This document shows positions 47,949 to 61,980 of a stretch of DNA of 64,000 nt, in pieces; the stretch's first letter is position 1, and each line of letters opens with the position of its first letter. A program made the translations under genes and the position numbers. The DNA is from the human T2T-CHM13v2.0 reference genome, Homo sapiens. The notes under the pieces were generated by a model, which searched no databases, had not been told where the DNA came from, and saw only the letters and a list, made by a program, of their open reading frames with translations. The stretch lies in the NCBI RefSeq assembly GCF_009914755.1, contig NC_060948.1, one strand, 5' to 3'.

Positions 47949-50900
47949 TTTTTTATCCATTCATCTGTTGATGAACACTTAGGTTGCTTCCAAATCTTAG
48001 CTACTGTTAACAGTGTTGCAACAAACATGGGAATGCAGATATCACTTTGATATACTGAATTCCTTTCTTTGGCGTATATACTCAGCAGTGGGATTGCTGA
48101 ATCAGAGTAGTTCAATTTTTAGGTTATTCAGAAACTTCCAAACTGTTCTCTAGAGTGGTTTTACTAATTCCTATTCCCATCTATGGTGTATAAGGGTTCC
48201 TTTTTCTCCACATCCTTGCCAGTATTTGTTTTTGCCTGTCTTTTGGATATACGCCATTTTAACGGAGCGAGATGATATCTCTCTTATTGTAGTTGTGATT
48301 TGCGTTTCTGTGATGATCAATGATGTTTAGCACCTTTTCATATGCTTGTTTGCAATTTGCATGTCTTCTTTTGAGAAATGTCTATTCAAATATTTTGTAC
48401 ACTTTTTTGATCAGATTATATTTTTTTCCCTCTACAGTTGTTTGAGCTACTTATATATTCTGGTTATTAATCTCTTCTCAGATGGGTAGTTTGCAAATGT
48501 TTTCTCCCATTCTGTGGGTTGCCTGTTCACTTTCTTGATTGTATATTTTGCTGCGAAGAAGCTTTTTAACTTAATGTAATCCCATTTGTTCATTTTTGCG
48601 TTGGTTGACTGTGCTTGTGGGGTACTGCTCAGGAAATTTTTGCCCAGACCAATGTCCTGAAGAGTTTCCCCAATGTTTCCTTGCAGTAGTTTCATGGTTT
48701 GAGGTTTTAGATTTAAACCTTTAATTCATTTTGATTTGATTTCTATATATGGGGAGAGAGAGGGGTTGTGAACCCCAAATAAATGAGACTGGTCTCAGTC
48801 AATTTAGGAAGTTTATTTTGCCAAAGTTAAGGATGCACACCAATTACACAGCCTCAGGAGGTCCTGACCACATGTGCCCAAGGTGGTCCGAGCACAGCTT
48901 GGTTTTATACATTTCAGGGAGACATGAGACATTAATCAATATATGTAAGATGAAACATTCATTTGGTGCAGAAAGGCAGGACGACTCAAAGCAAAGGCAT
49001 TACTACTTGAAGTTGAGAGGGGGCTTTCAGGTCATAGGTAGATAAGAGACAAATGGTTACATTATTTTGAGTTTCTGATTAAGCTTTCCAAAGAAGGCAA
49101 TCAGATATGCATTTGTCTCAGTGAGCAGAGGGATGACTTTGAATAGAATGGAAGGCAGGTTTACCCTAAGCATTTCCCAGCTTGACTTTTTTCCTTTAGC
49201 TTAGTGATTTGGGGGTCCAAAGATTTATTTTCCTTTCACAGGGTCTAGTTTCATTCTTTTCATATGGATATCAAGTTTCCCCAGCATCATTTGTTGAAGA
49301 GACAATTTTTTCCCCAGTGTATGTTCTTGGCATCTTTGTCAAAAATCAATTCATTGTAGCTGTGCGAATTTGCTTCTGAATTCTCTATTCTGTTCCATTG
49401 ATCTATGTGTCTGCTTTTTTGCCAGCATGCTGTTTTGGTTACCATGGCTCTGTAGTAAAATTTGAAGTCAGACAATGTGACTTGTCCAGTTTTGTTCCTT
49501 TTGCTCAGGATAGCATATACTATTCTGGGTCTTTGGTGGTTCCATATACATTTCACGGTTTTTTTTTTTCTATTTCTGCAAAGAATGTCATTGGTATTTT
49601 GACAGGGATTTCATTGAATCTGTAGATTGCTTTGGGAAATAAGGACATTTTAACAATATTGATTCTTCCAACCCATGAACATAAAATATTTTTTCATTTT
49701 TTGGGGTCCTCTTCAATTTCTTTCATCAATGTTTTATAATTTTCATTATAGAGATCTTTCACTTGTTTGGGTAAGTTAATTTCTAAGTATTTTATTGTAT
49801 GCGTGGCTACTGTAAATTGGATAACTTTTAAATTCCCTTTCACATGTTCACTGTTGGCATATAGAAATGCTACTGATTTTTGTGTGTTGATTTTGTGTTC
49901 TGCAACATTACTGATTTTTAAAATCAGCTCTAATAATTTTTGTGGAGTCTTTAGGTTTTTCTAAATATAAGATCATATAATCAGCAAGCAAGGATAACTT
50001 GACTTCTTCCTTTTCAATTTGGATGTCCTTTATGTCTTTCTCTTGTCTGATTCTTCTAGCTAGGCTTTCTGGTACTATGTTGAATAACGGTAGTGACAGT
50101 GCACATACTTGTGCTGCTTCAGATCTTAGAGAAAAGGCTTTCCATTTCTTTTTTCCTATTCAGTATGATACTAGCTGTGGGTCTGTCATACATGGCTTTC
50201 ATTATGTTGAAGTATGTTCCTTCTACACCCAGTTTTTTTTAAGGATTTTATCATGAATGAATATTAAACATTAGCTAATGCTTTTTCACCATCAATTAAG
50301 ATACTCATGTGGTTTTGTTTTCAGTTCTGTTCATGTGATGTATCACATTGATTGATTTGCATATGTTGAACCATCCTTGCATCCAAGGGATAAATCCCAC
50401 TTGGTCATGTTGAATGATCTTTCTAATGTATTGTTGAATTTAGTTTGATAGGATTTCGTTGAGGATTTTTGTATAAATATTTATCAGAGATATTGGCCTA
50501 TAGGATATTGGTCTATAGTATTTTTTTTTTAATGTGTCTTTGTCATGTTTTTGTTTCTGGGTAATACTGGACTCTTGAAATGAATTTGGAAGAATTCATT
50601 TCTTCTCTGTTTCTCAGAATAGTTTTAATAGGAGAATAGGATTTACATTACTTCTTTAAAAGTTTGGTAGAATTCAGCAGTAAAGCCATCAGTGTGCAGG
50701 ACTTTTTTTTTTCTGGAAGAGTCCTTATTATGGCTTCAATCTCATTACTTGTTATTGGTCTGTTCATGTTTTAGAGTTGTTTCTGGTTCAATCTTGGCAG
50801 GTTGAACCAGAATCTGTCCATTTCTTCTGGATTTTTAAAATTTATTGGCATATAGGTACTCATAGTTGTCACTAATAATCCTTTGAATTTCTGCAATGTC

Positions 50901-53900
50901 AGGTGTAATGCCTCCTTTTTCATTTCTGATTTTATTTATTGTAGCTTCTCTCTTTTTCTTATTTAGTCTGGATAAAGTTTTGTCAATTTTGTTTAAATTT
51001 TCAAAGAAACAACTTTTTGTTTCATTAATTTCTATATTTATTTCAATTTTATTTATTTCTGCTCTAATCTTTATTATTTCTTTTCTTCTGCTAATTTTGG
51101 ATTTGATTTACTCTTGCTTTTCTAGATTGATAATATGCATTATTAGATTGTTTATTTGAAGTTTTTTCTCTTTTTTTGACGTAGGCACTTACACCCCTTA
51201 GTTTTCCTCTCAGCACTGCTTTTGCTGTATCTGATAGGTTTTGGTATGTTGTATTTTCATTATCAGTTGTTTCAAGAAAAACTTCAATTTCTTTCTTAAT
51301 TTCTTTATTGACTCACTGGTCATTCGGTAGCATATTTTTTAATTTCCATGTAATTTCCATGTATAGTTTCCAAAATTTTTCTTGTTATTAATTTCTAGTT
51401 TTATTCTATCGTGGTCAGAGAAGATGCTTTAGATTATTTCTTTTTTTAATGTTTCAGGAATTCTTTTGTGACCTAACATATTGTCTATTCTTGAGAATTA
51501 TCCATGTGCTGAGAAAAAGAATGTGTATTTTGCAGCTCTTCAATGAAATGTTCTGTAAATATCTATTAAATCCATTTAGTTCATAGCGCGGATTAAGTCT
51601 GATGGGTTTTTTTGTTGATTTTCTGTCTGGAAGAGCTGTCCAATGCTGGAAGTGAACAATAAGTAATAATGAGGTGTTGAAGTCTCCAGCTATAATTGTA
51701 TAAGGGCCTATCTCTCTCTTTAGCTTTAAAAATATTCGCTTTATACATCTGTGTGCTCCAGTGTTGGGTGCATATATATTTCAAATTATTATATCCTCTT
51801 GCTGAATGGACCTCTTTGTCATTATATGATGACCTTCCTTTTCTCTTCTTATAGTTTTCATCTTGAAATCTATGTTGTCTGATATACATATTGTGACTCC
51901 TGCCCTTTTTTGATTTCCATTGGCATGGAATATTTTTTCTTTTCCTTTATTTTTAGTCTATGTGTGTCTTTATGATTGAAGTGTGTTTCTTATAGGCAAC
52001 AGATCAATTGGCCTTGTTTTTCCATGCATTCAGGCAGAGTTCAGTGCATTTACATTTAATGTTATTATTGATAAGTAAGAGCTTACTCCTGACATTTTTT
52101 AATTTTTATTTTTTCTGGTGGTTTTGTGATCTTCTCTTTCTTCTTTCTTTCCTCCCTGTCTTCCACTAGTGAGGATCATTTTCTCTGATGATATGATTTA
52201 CTTACTTGCTTTTTAACTTTTGTGTGCCTATTTTATATTTTTAGGTTGAGGTTACCATGAGGCTTTCAAATACTGTATTATAACCCATTATTTTATCCTG
52301 ATAAAAGCCCAACACTATTCACATAAAGAAACAAACAAAAAATTAAAAAAGAAAACTAATAAAATCTCACCTTAACTTTATCTTCCTGCTTTTTAACTTT
52401 TTGTTCTTTCTATTTGTGTATTATTTTTCTGCCTATGTCTTGAAAAGTTGTTGGAGCTATTATTTTTGATTGGTTCATTATTTAGTATTTCTAGTTAGGA
52501 TTAGAGCAGTTTACTCAACCAAAGTTACGGTGTTATAATATTCTGTTTTTCTGTGTACATACTATTACCAGTAAGTTTTGTACCTTTAATTGATTACTTA
52601 TTGTTCATTAATGTCCTATTCTTTCTAATTGAAGTGTTCCCTTTAGCATTGCTTTTAGGACAGGTCTGGTATTGATGAATTTCCTCAGCTTTCATTTGTC
52701 TAAGAAAACCTTTATTTCTTCTTCATGTTGGAAGGGTAGTTTTGCTGGGTATACTATTCTAGAATTAAAGTTTTTTTGTTTGTTTGTTTTTGTTTGTTTT
52801 TCTTCAGTACTTTAAATATGTCATGCCATTCTCTCCTGGCCCATAAGGTTTCCACTAAAAAGTCTGCTTCCAGACATATTGGAGCTCCACCACCACCCCT
52901 GGACATAAGGAATACTGCAAGACTACCACAGATGTTTAGTTAAGGCCCAGGGTCACTTTAGTCAGCTTGTGGTGAATGCTCCGTGGCCTGGGACTCACCC
53001 TTTAATGCAGTGGTTTCCCTTCTGTCCCAGGGCTGGTCCTGAAATGCCATCCAAGAGTCAAGTCCTGGAATCAGGGACTCCAAGAGCCCACTTGGTGTTC
53101 TACCTACCTGTTGTGTTGTTGGTACCTAGGATATAAGACAAAGTCCCCTTTACTTTTCTCTCAGTTTTTCTCAAGCAGAAAGAGTTTTGCCCCCTAACCA
53201 CCTCAGCTAATAATGTGCTAAGTTTCTCCTGGGAGCCAGCACATCTCAGAGACTCACCAAGGCCCTCACTATAGTACCAGGTATTGCTGTTGGTTTTTCA
53301 GGGCCCAAGGCTGTTCACTTAGGAGGCAATGAATGCTGACAGGACTGGGTTCTTTTCTTCAAAGCAACCGGTTCCCTTCTGGCCCAAGGCGTGTATAAAT
53401 ATGTCACCTAGGAGCTAGGGCCTGGGATAGGGGAACTCATGACTCAGGTTGGTACCCTATCCTACTGTGTTTGGGCTGCTATCCAAGATGCGAGACAAAG
53501 TCTCCCCACTCTTCCCTCTCCTCTCCTCAAAAGAAAGGAAGGTGTCTCTTTTGGAGCCATGATCTGTGCACTTTGGAGTTAGGTGATAGGAGCACTCCTT
53601 TTGCTTCCCTAGCTGGTGTCTCAGTATGTTGTGTGCCTCTGCAGTCTACTGTCTCTGTGGCCACTTCAGTCTTAGGACTCACCTGAGATTTGAAGTCTTT
53701 GTGGCCTAGACTGCCTTTCAAGTTTACTTAGAGACTGAGAGCACTTTGCCCTTCATGGTGAGGTTTGCAGACACTCAAGTTCAGATCACTGAGGTTGGTG
53801 ATTCCCATCTGGCTAGGGCTGGTTTAAATGCTCCCTGTGTGGGTGGTCATCAGCTAAGTTTGGTGTGATTTTCCTTTCTGTTCTAACAGAACAATACTGT

Positions 53901-54170
53901 GTTCAATGCCTCACAATTGCTGTGTTCTTCTTCCCCCAGCACCCAGAGAAGCTCTCTGCACCATGCCCCCAAGCCTGGGGTGGGGGAGGGGTGGCACCAG
54001 CGATTCTGGACGTTTTTTTCTATCACTTCAGTGCCTCTTCCAGCAATATGAATTTAATACCAGATACCTAATTTTTGGTTCTTATACAGATTTTTCTTTT
54101 GTTAACTTGGTGTCTTTGCTGGGGCAATGATTAGTGGAGCTTTCTATTCTGCCATCTTGCTTTGCCTCTC
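47949..54170 (-). mobile_element. L1MA-type element with 5'UTR, ORF1 largely deleted, 3' end missing
   Basis: Antisense ORF2 47949-52100; jump at about 52885 from ORF1 C-terminus into GC-richer 5'UTR; 5' end CTATTCTGCCATCTTG. Confidence 0.88.
48767..49240 (-). mobile_element. MER4A-like ERV1 solo LTR inserted in L1
   Basis: TG...CA termini (reverse complement begins TGTGAAAGGAAAATAAATC); 4-bp TSD GGGT at 48763 and 49241. Confidence 0.9.
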
Positions 54171-54349
54171 TTTTTTTTTTCTTTTAGAAACAGGTAAATA
54201 CAACTGTTTAAGCATTATCATTAATATATAATGTTAAATTTTAAAATATATTATTTTTGTTCTACTACTTTGCTGGGGCAATGGAGCCAATGGAGAGAAA
54301 GATAACAAAATTTGTTTCTTAAAAACATATAAAAAGCCATTTCTCCCAA

Positions 54350-55100
54350 TGTGAGAGATACTAATATGTACTCACCAAACCCATTACTTTCTCCTAATCA
54401 CACAGTTCTACTACATTTTTCAGGCTTCCTTGCTTAAGTGAGATTTTGTGTCTGATTTCTGAACAATAGAATTTAGGAGGAAGTGTTGGGCAATACTTCC
54501 AAGGCTATCCCATAAAAAAATTTCTACTGGGATTTCCCATGCTGCTGTCAGCAATGACTTCAGTAGTTATATGTTGAATATAGAGGAGCCACAAAATGAA
54601 AGGAGCCTGGATTACTGAATCACCACTTGGATGAGAGCTCCCAGCTAATTGGTAACCTATGTTTTTCACTTTATATAAATGTTAAACCACTCATATTTGA
54701 GGATTTATTTGTTACAATAGCTACTATAACTTTATTTAACAGAAATTCATTCTTTGAAACAAAAAATACCTGCCATAGCAGAAACCTAAAATACATGTAT
54801 AAGTTTAATGGTCATGCAGTGAGCAGAAAGGTAACTGACTTGGAGGCTGAAAATATGAAGGCCCATTATACGCAGTGGCAAAACATTTATTAACACTCTT
54901 GCCTGCTATAAATTGGAAGGAAAACCATATGCCCACTGAATATGCAGCTCCAAAGAGTCAGAGTCAGGGTAATAGTATATCCTGTTCTGATGTTCTGCAT
55001 TGAGAAAGTATTCAAAGAGATTAATTAGAAAAATATTTGGCTAGTTTGCAAGCAAAAATGAACCTGTCTACTTCTAGATCTGCATAAAGCAAAATTCTGG
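54350..55100 (+). mobile_element. MLT1J-like MaLR LTR plus start of internal sequence
   Basis: GGAGCCACAAAATGAAAGGAGCCTGGATTACTGAATCACCACTTGGA; GTTAAACCACTCATATTTGAGGATTTATTTGTTAC. Confidence 0.65.
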
Positions 55101-58100
55101 AAGTTCTTTCTATGCCATGAAAGATATATTAGAAAGACTTTGGCCTCTCCATCAATCTACAAAAGTCAGAAGAAAATTGGTCTCAGAGTCTAATTTGATT
55201 AATAAAAATAAATAATTTTAATTAACAATGATGTATTGTGACCAGTAGTGGATTCCAACTGAAGACTTAATCTCTAAATTTAAGAAAGTTAAAATCCATT
55301 TGAGTAGGGGAAAAAAAAGAATAAAAGCACAATTTAAAAGTAACTACAAACAAGTTAGTTCGATCTAGATAATTATATATTACAGTGCAAGTGGGTCCTC
55401 TAAATGATGGTTAGGGATGAGCAAATTAATAAATTATGTGGTTTTTAGGGTAGTAAGAAACAAAAAGCAATAAATCAATAATTACAGGATTAATGTAAGT
55501 TGTATAATACACACTGAGAGATTCAGGGAAAGGGCATGTAAAACAAGAGATAAATTTATCGCAAAAGTGGGTTTTAGTCCAAGTGTTTAAGAAGATGTGA
55601 GTAGAGTGGCCAAACGGGCTGACTAGAAGCAGCTAAATGGCATGGCTCTCACGGAAAGGAATGGAAGGGGTGAGTAAATACAACACCTTCAACTGAAACA
55701 TTCAGGTACTTACATTGGGTCTAATCTTGGAAACAACGTGACCCACGGAGACAGAGAAAAGCAAGGCAGGACACCGGCTCATGCAGGAGCAACACAGAGC
55801 CAAGGGAAGCTCCACTGCACAGAGAAGCAGTGAGTGAATGTGCCACTCTGGGAACCCATGCTGCTCCCACAGATTTTTGAAACCCTCAGGTCAGGAGGAT
55901 CCCTCATGAATCTGCTCCACTAAGGGCCTTCAGTCTGACGCATAAACATGTGTCAGGAGCTATGTGGAGTCTCAGCAGAGCAGCCACTCAGGCATACGCA
56001 GAGACCCAGGAGTTTAGATACTCCAGCTTTTCAGGGAAACCAGCAAAAGTAGCTGCAACTCCAGAAAAGTGGGTGGTTAGACTCCTGTACCTACCACTAG
56101 GAAAGATGTTGAATCCAGAGGGCAGAGCAATAATGGCCTACAGGCCCCGCTTCCACAGCTCCTCACAGGATAAGACCCACTGGCTTGGAATTCCAGCCAG
56201 CAACAAGTAGCAGCATTGCGCCTCCCTGGGTTTGAGCTCCCAGAGAGAGGGGTGGGCTGTAACTTTTGCTGTTTTGGTAACTAGCTGTTCCAGCCTTTGG
56301 GCTTTGGAAAGCCCAAGCTGACCAGGGATGGAAGCAGTACCCCAGCACAGCACAGCTTCCCTACAAAAACATGTCCAGACTGCTTTTTGAGTGGGTCCCC
56401 AATCCCATTCCTCATCACTGGGTAAAGTATCCCAATCAGGGTCTCCAGCTACTCCTACTGGTGTTCTCCAGCTGATAGAGGTTTCAGGTCTCCCTGGAAT
56501 GGAGCTCCCAGGGAAAGGGGTGGGCCGCCATCTTTGCTATTTGGGCTAGTTATTCCAGCCTTCAGGTTTCAGAGTATCCAAGGTGACCAGAGACTGAAAT
56601 GGACATCCAGCACAGCACAGCTGCTCTACAAAAACGTGGCCAGACTACTTTTATATGTGGGTCCTCAATCCCATTTCTCCTGACTGGGTGAGACCTTCCA
56701 ATTTTGGTCTTCAGCCACCTCTTACAGGTGCATGTGGGTGAGCAACAGGCCTGTACCTCCCTGGGACAGAGGTCCTAGAGGGAGGAGCAGACTGCCATCT
56801 TTGTTGTTTTGCAAGCCTTCACTGTGATACCTCCAGGTACTGGAAAATCTGAGGTGACTAAGCACTGGAGCAGATCCCCAGCATTCTGCAACAGCCCTAC
56901 AGAAAATTGGCCAGACTGTTACATGGGTACTTGTTCCCATATCTTCTCACCAGTCAGGTCCTCTAGCCACCCCTTACCAGAGCTATTCAGCCAGTATCAA
57001 CTCAGCAACTCCCTGGACAGAGCCTCCAGGGGCAACTGAAAGCCTCTTTGCCACTGCATCTAACACGAAGCCATCCTTGCTACCCTCTCACTAACAAAGG
57101 AGCAAGCACCCTTTGTGCCTCATTCACACTTCCAACAAGCTGCAGTCAACCCAAGGAAAGGAGGCCACTACATCTCCCATGGGTCCCCCACACATCTCAT
57201 TGCTTACTGCCACACAGGGAACCCCTGGTTTAGGCCCACAGCACAGACCCTCCATTCTGGGCTGATTGTACTGAGCAATTACTGAACAACATCTCTCTGG
57301 GGTGGGGCCCCCAGGAGATAAGTAAATTGGTGTAGCAGCAAGCCAGATGATATGGAGCCCAGAGGGTTTTGTGCAGGTGTGTCTGTAGCCAACCCTCTAG
57401 ACTTAACTTGCTCCCATAAGAGACTTTATGCCTAGGGGAATTATCAGACCTGATTTCTGCAGGGTGGTCTTGCACATCAGATAGGGCTAGTCCAACCTGA
57501 ACACTCCTTGGTCTGCTGGCCTCTTCTGGGACACCAGCCTAGCCATACCTGCTTACAGGGCAGTCTCACATGCCCCGGGGGCCCACACCATAGCTTTTCA
57601 GACAGTGGACAGTATGTGATCAATGGAGGGCTCCAGCAAGGCAGCCCCTATGTCCACGCACCAGCTGGCACATTCCCTCCCCATACTGCAGCTTCCTCTG
57701 AGCCCACGGAAACTCCCCATATTACTTTGCTGATGCATGTCTGCACAGGCATGTTTTGCTTTACTTGCCCTGCAACCACACGGGAGTACAGTGTGTCCTC
57801 TGACCCCTGCTCACTGCCATTGCAGACAGAGCTTTGACAGGCATAGAACCAGCAAGCTCCACCATGCCAGCACCCTGCTTTTGCACTAATGCTGCATGGA
57901 GAACGAGAGATCCTTCTGCATCCTAAGCAATCACTCCTGCTTGCAGGACACAGAGAAGGCACCCAGATCTGCACTGGCCAGCACCCCACCCCAAACCAAC
58001 ACCACCACCACCTTCAGTTCAACAGTGCACACAACCTCCAGCAGAGTCCTCCTGCTCCCTACCAACTGCCTTGCTTCCACCACTGTGGTGAACACTCACA

Positions 58101-58841
58101 GGGAGGCAGGCACCACTGCATTCCCTAGCACTTGGATGTAGCTGCAGCACCTCATTTCCCACCCCCAGCACAGTAGACTCCAAACCTTAAGGAGTCAGAG
58201 AACAAAGTGGGGGTTCAAGAAAAGTCTCTCAGAGTTAGAGCACATAGTCCAGGAGTTGGGAGCTGAACACTGGCCTGTGAAAATTGTCCAGAAATGAAGC
58301 CAGTTAGCTGAATCCACCTTAAACCACAATCAAATGCTCAAGGTCATCAAACAGAATAAAAGGAAAAAAAAAGTCCATCCAAAGGTCAGCAACCTCAAAG
58401 ATTGAAGGTAGATTAGACCACAAAGATGAGGAAGAATCAGCACCAGAATGCTGAAAATTCAAAAAGCGAGAGTACCTTCTTTCCTTCAAATATCTGCATC
58501 ACCTCTCTAGCAAGGTCAGTGACCAACAGAGGCTGAGATGACTGAAATGACAGAAGTAGAATTCAAAATATGGACAGAAATGAAGTTCACTGAGCTACAG
58601 GAGTACATTGTAACCCAACACAAGGAAGTTAAAAATCATGATAAAGTATTGCAGGAGCTGAGAGAAAAAATAACCAGTATAGAGAAAGTAACTGACCTGA
58701 TAGAGCTGAAAATTACACTGCAAGAATTTAATAATGCAATGATAAGTATTAATAGCAGAGTAGAACAAGCAGAGGAAAGAATTTCAGAGCTTGAGGACTG
58801 CCTTTCTGAAATAAGACAGTCAGACAAGAATAGAGAAAAAA

Positions 58842-59158
58842 GCATGGTGGCTCGCACCTGTAATCCCAGTACTTTGGGAGGCCAAGGCAGGTGGATGATT
58901 TGAAGCCAGGAGTTTGAGATCAGCCTGACCAACATGGCGAGACCCTATCTATACTAAAAATACAAAAATTAGCCAGGCGTGGTGGTGCATGCCTGTAATC
59001 TCAGCTACTTGGAAGGCTGAAGAACGAGAATTGCTGAAACTCAGGAGGCAGACGTTGCTGTGAGCTGGGAAGCACCACTGCACTCTAGCCTGGGTGACAG
59101 AGTGAGATGCTGTCTCAAAGAAAAAGGAAAAGAAAAGAGAAAAAGAAAAAAAAGAAAT
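58842..59158 (+). mobile_element. AluS, slightly 5'-truncated, no TSD
   Basis: Begins GCATGGTGGCTC; purine-rich tail merges into L1 AAAGAAATTCCAACC. Confidence 0.93.
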
Positions 59159-59928
59159 TCCAACCAGAATTTTATATCTGGTAAAACTAAGCTTTATAAG
59201 TGAAGAAGAAATATCCTTTTCAGACAAACAAATGCTGAAGTAATTTGTTACCACCAGACTTGACTTACAAGAAGTCCTAAAGGAAACACCAAATATGGAA
59301 AGGAAAGACCATCACCAGCCACTACAACACCATACTAAAGTACGCAGACCAGTGACACTATAAAGCAACCACATAAACAAGTCTGCAAAACATCATGATG
59401 ACAGGATCACATCCAAACATATCAATACTAACCTAAAATCTAAATGGACTAAATGCCACACCTAAAAGACACAGAGTGGCAATCTGGATTTAAAAAAAAA
59501 AGATACATTGATATGGTCTTTTCAAGAGACCCATCTCACATTCAATGACACCCATAGTCTCAAAATAAAGGGATGGAGAAGAATCTATCAAGTAAATAGA
59601 AACAGCAAAAACCAGAGGTTGCAATCCTAGTTTCTGACAAAATAGACTTTAAATCAACAATGATCAAAGAAGACAAAGAAGGGCATTATATAATGGTAAA
59701 GGGTTCAATTCAACAAGAAAAGATTAACTACTCTAAATATATATGCAAACAACACAGGAGTACCAAGATTTATAAAGCAAGTTCTTGGAGACTTTAAAAG
59801 AGACTTAAGGCTCCCACACAATAATAGTGGGTGACTTTAACACCCCACAGGCAATATTAGATAGATCATTGAGACAGAAAATTAACAAAGATATTCAAAA
59901 CCTGAACTCAGAACTGGATCAAATGGAC

Positions 59929-59931
<3 letters not shown>

Positions 59932-59998
<67 letters not shown>
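59932..59998. repeat. (TA)n(CA)n microsatellite in L1 ORF2
   Basis: Read directly. Confidence 0.97.
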
Positions 59999-60289
59999 AC
60001 TCTCCATCCCAAAACAACTGAGCCTCCCAAGTAGCTGGGATTTCATACTTCTCATCACCACATGATATGTACTCTAAAATAGATCACATAATCAGAAGTA
60101 AAACACTCCTCAGCAAATGCAAAAACACTGAAATTATAATAAACAGTTTATTGGACCTCATTGCAATCAAATTCAAAATCAAGACTAAGAAATTCATAAA
60201 AATAACCCATAGAATTACCTGGAAATTGAATAACATGCTCCTGAGTGACTTTTGGGTAAAATAAAATTAAGGCAGAAATCAAGAAGTTC

Positions 60290-60576
<287 letters not shown>

Positions 60577-61980
60577 TCAAGAAGTTATTTGAAACTAATG
60601 AGAACAAAGATATAACATTCCAGGATCTCTAGGACACACATAAGGCAGTGTTGAGAGTGAAATTTATAGCACTAAATGCCCACATCAAAAAGTTATAAAG
60701 ATCTCAAATTGACAACCTAACTTCACAACTAAAATAACTAGAGAACCGAGAGTAAACAAACCCAAAAGCTAGCAAAAGACAAGAAATAACCAAGATCAGA
60801 GCTGAGCTAAAAGAAATAGACATACACACACACACAAAAAAAAACATTCAAAAGATCAAACAAATCCAAAAGTTGCTTTCTTGAAAAAAAAAAATAGATC
60901 ACTAGCTAGACTAATAAAGGAGAAAAGAGAGAACATTCAAATGAACACAATAAGAAATGACAAGGGAGATATTACCACTGACCCCACAGGAATAAAAACA
61001 ACCATAAGATAATATTTTGAAAACCTCTATGCACGAAAACTAGAAAATCTAGAAGAAATGGATAAATTCCTGTACACACACAACCTCCCAAGACTGAACC
61101 AAGAAGAAAGTGAATCCCTGAACAGACAAATGAAGAACTCTGAAATTGAGGCAGTAATAAATAGCCTACCTCCCTCCAAAAGCCCATGACTAGATGGATT
61201 CACAGTTGAATTCTATCAGATGTGAAAACAAGAGCTGGTACCACTGCTACTGAAACTATTCCAAAAAACTGTGGAGAAGGAATTCCTCCCAACCTCATTC
61301 TATGAGGCCAACATCATCCTGACATCAAAACCTCTTAGAAATACAACAAAAAAAGAAAACCTCAGGTCAATAGCCTTGATGAACATTAATGCAAAAATCC
61401 TCCACAAAATACTGGTAAACTTAATCCAGCAGCACATCAGAAAGCTTATCCAACATGATTAAGGAGGCTTTATCCTTGGGTTGCAAGGGTGGTTCAATAT
61501 AGGCAAACCAATGAATGTGATTCATTACATAAACGGAACTGAAGACAAAAACCACAATATTATCTCAATAGATGTGGAAAGGGCCTTTGATAAAATTAAA
61601 CATTGCTTCATGTTAAAAACTCTCAATAAACTAGGTATTGAAGGAGAACACCTCAAAATAATGAGAGCCACCTATGACAAACCCACAGCCAACATCTTAC
61701 TGAATGGGCAAAAGCTAGAAGCATTCCCCTTGAATTCGGGCACAAGACAAGGATGGTCTTTCTCACCACTCCAATTCAACATGGTATTAGAAGTTCTGGC
61801 CAGGGCAATCAGGCAAGAGAAAGAAATACATGGCATCTAAAGAGGAAGAGAAGAAGTCAAACTATCCCTCTTTGCAGATGACATAATCCTATATCTAGAA
61901 AACCTTATAGTCTCAGCCCAGAAACTTCTTAAGCTGATAAGCAATTTCAGCAAAGTCTCAGGATATAAAGTGAATGTGCA

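Noticed and set aside
55950-58141. Many ORFs in a GC-rich 2-kb block
   Set aside because: L1PA13-like 5'UTR sequence with no coherent protein
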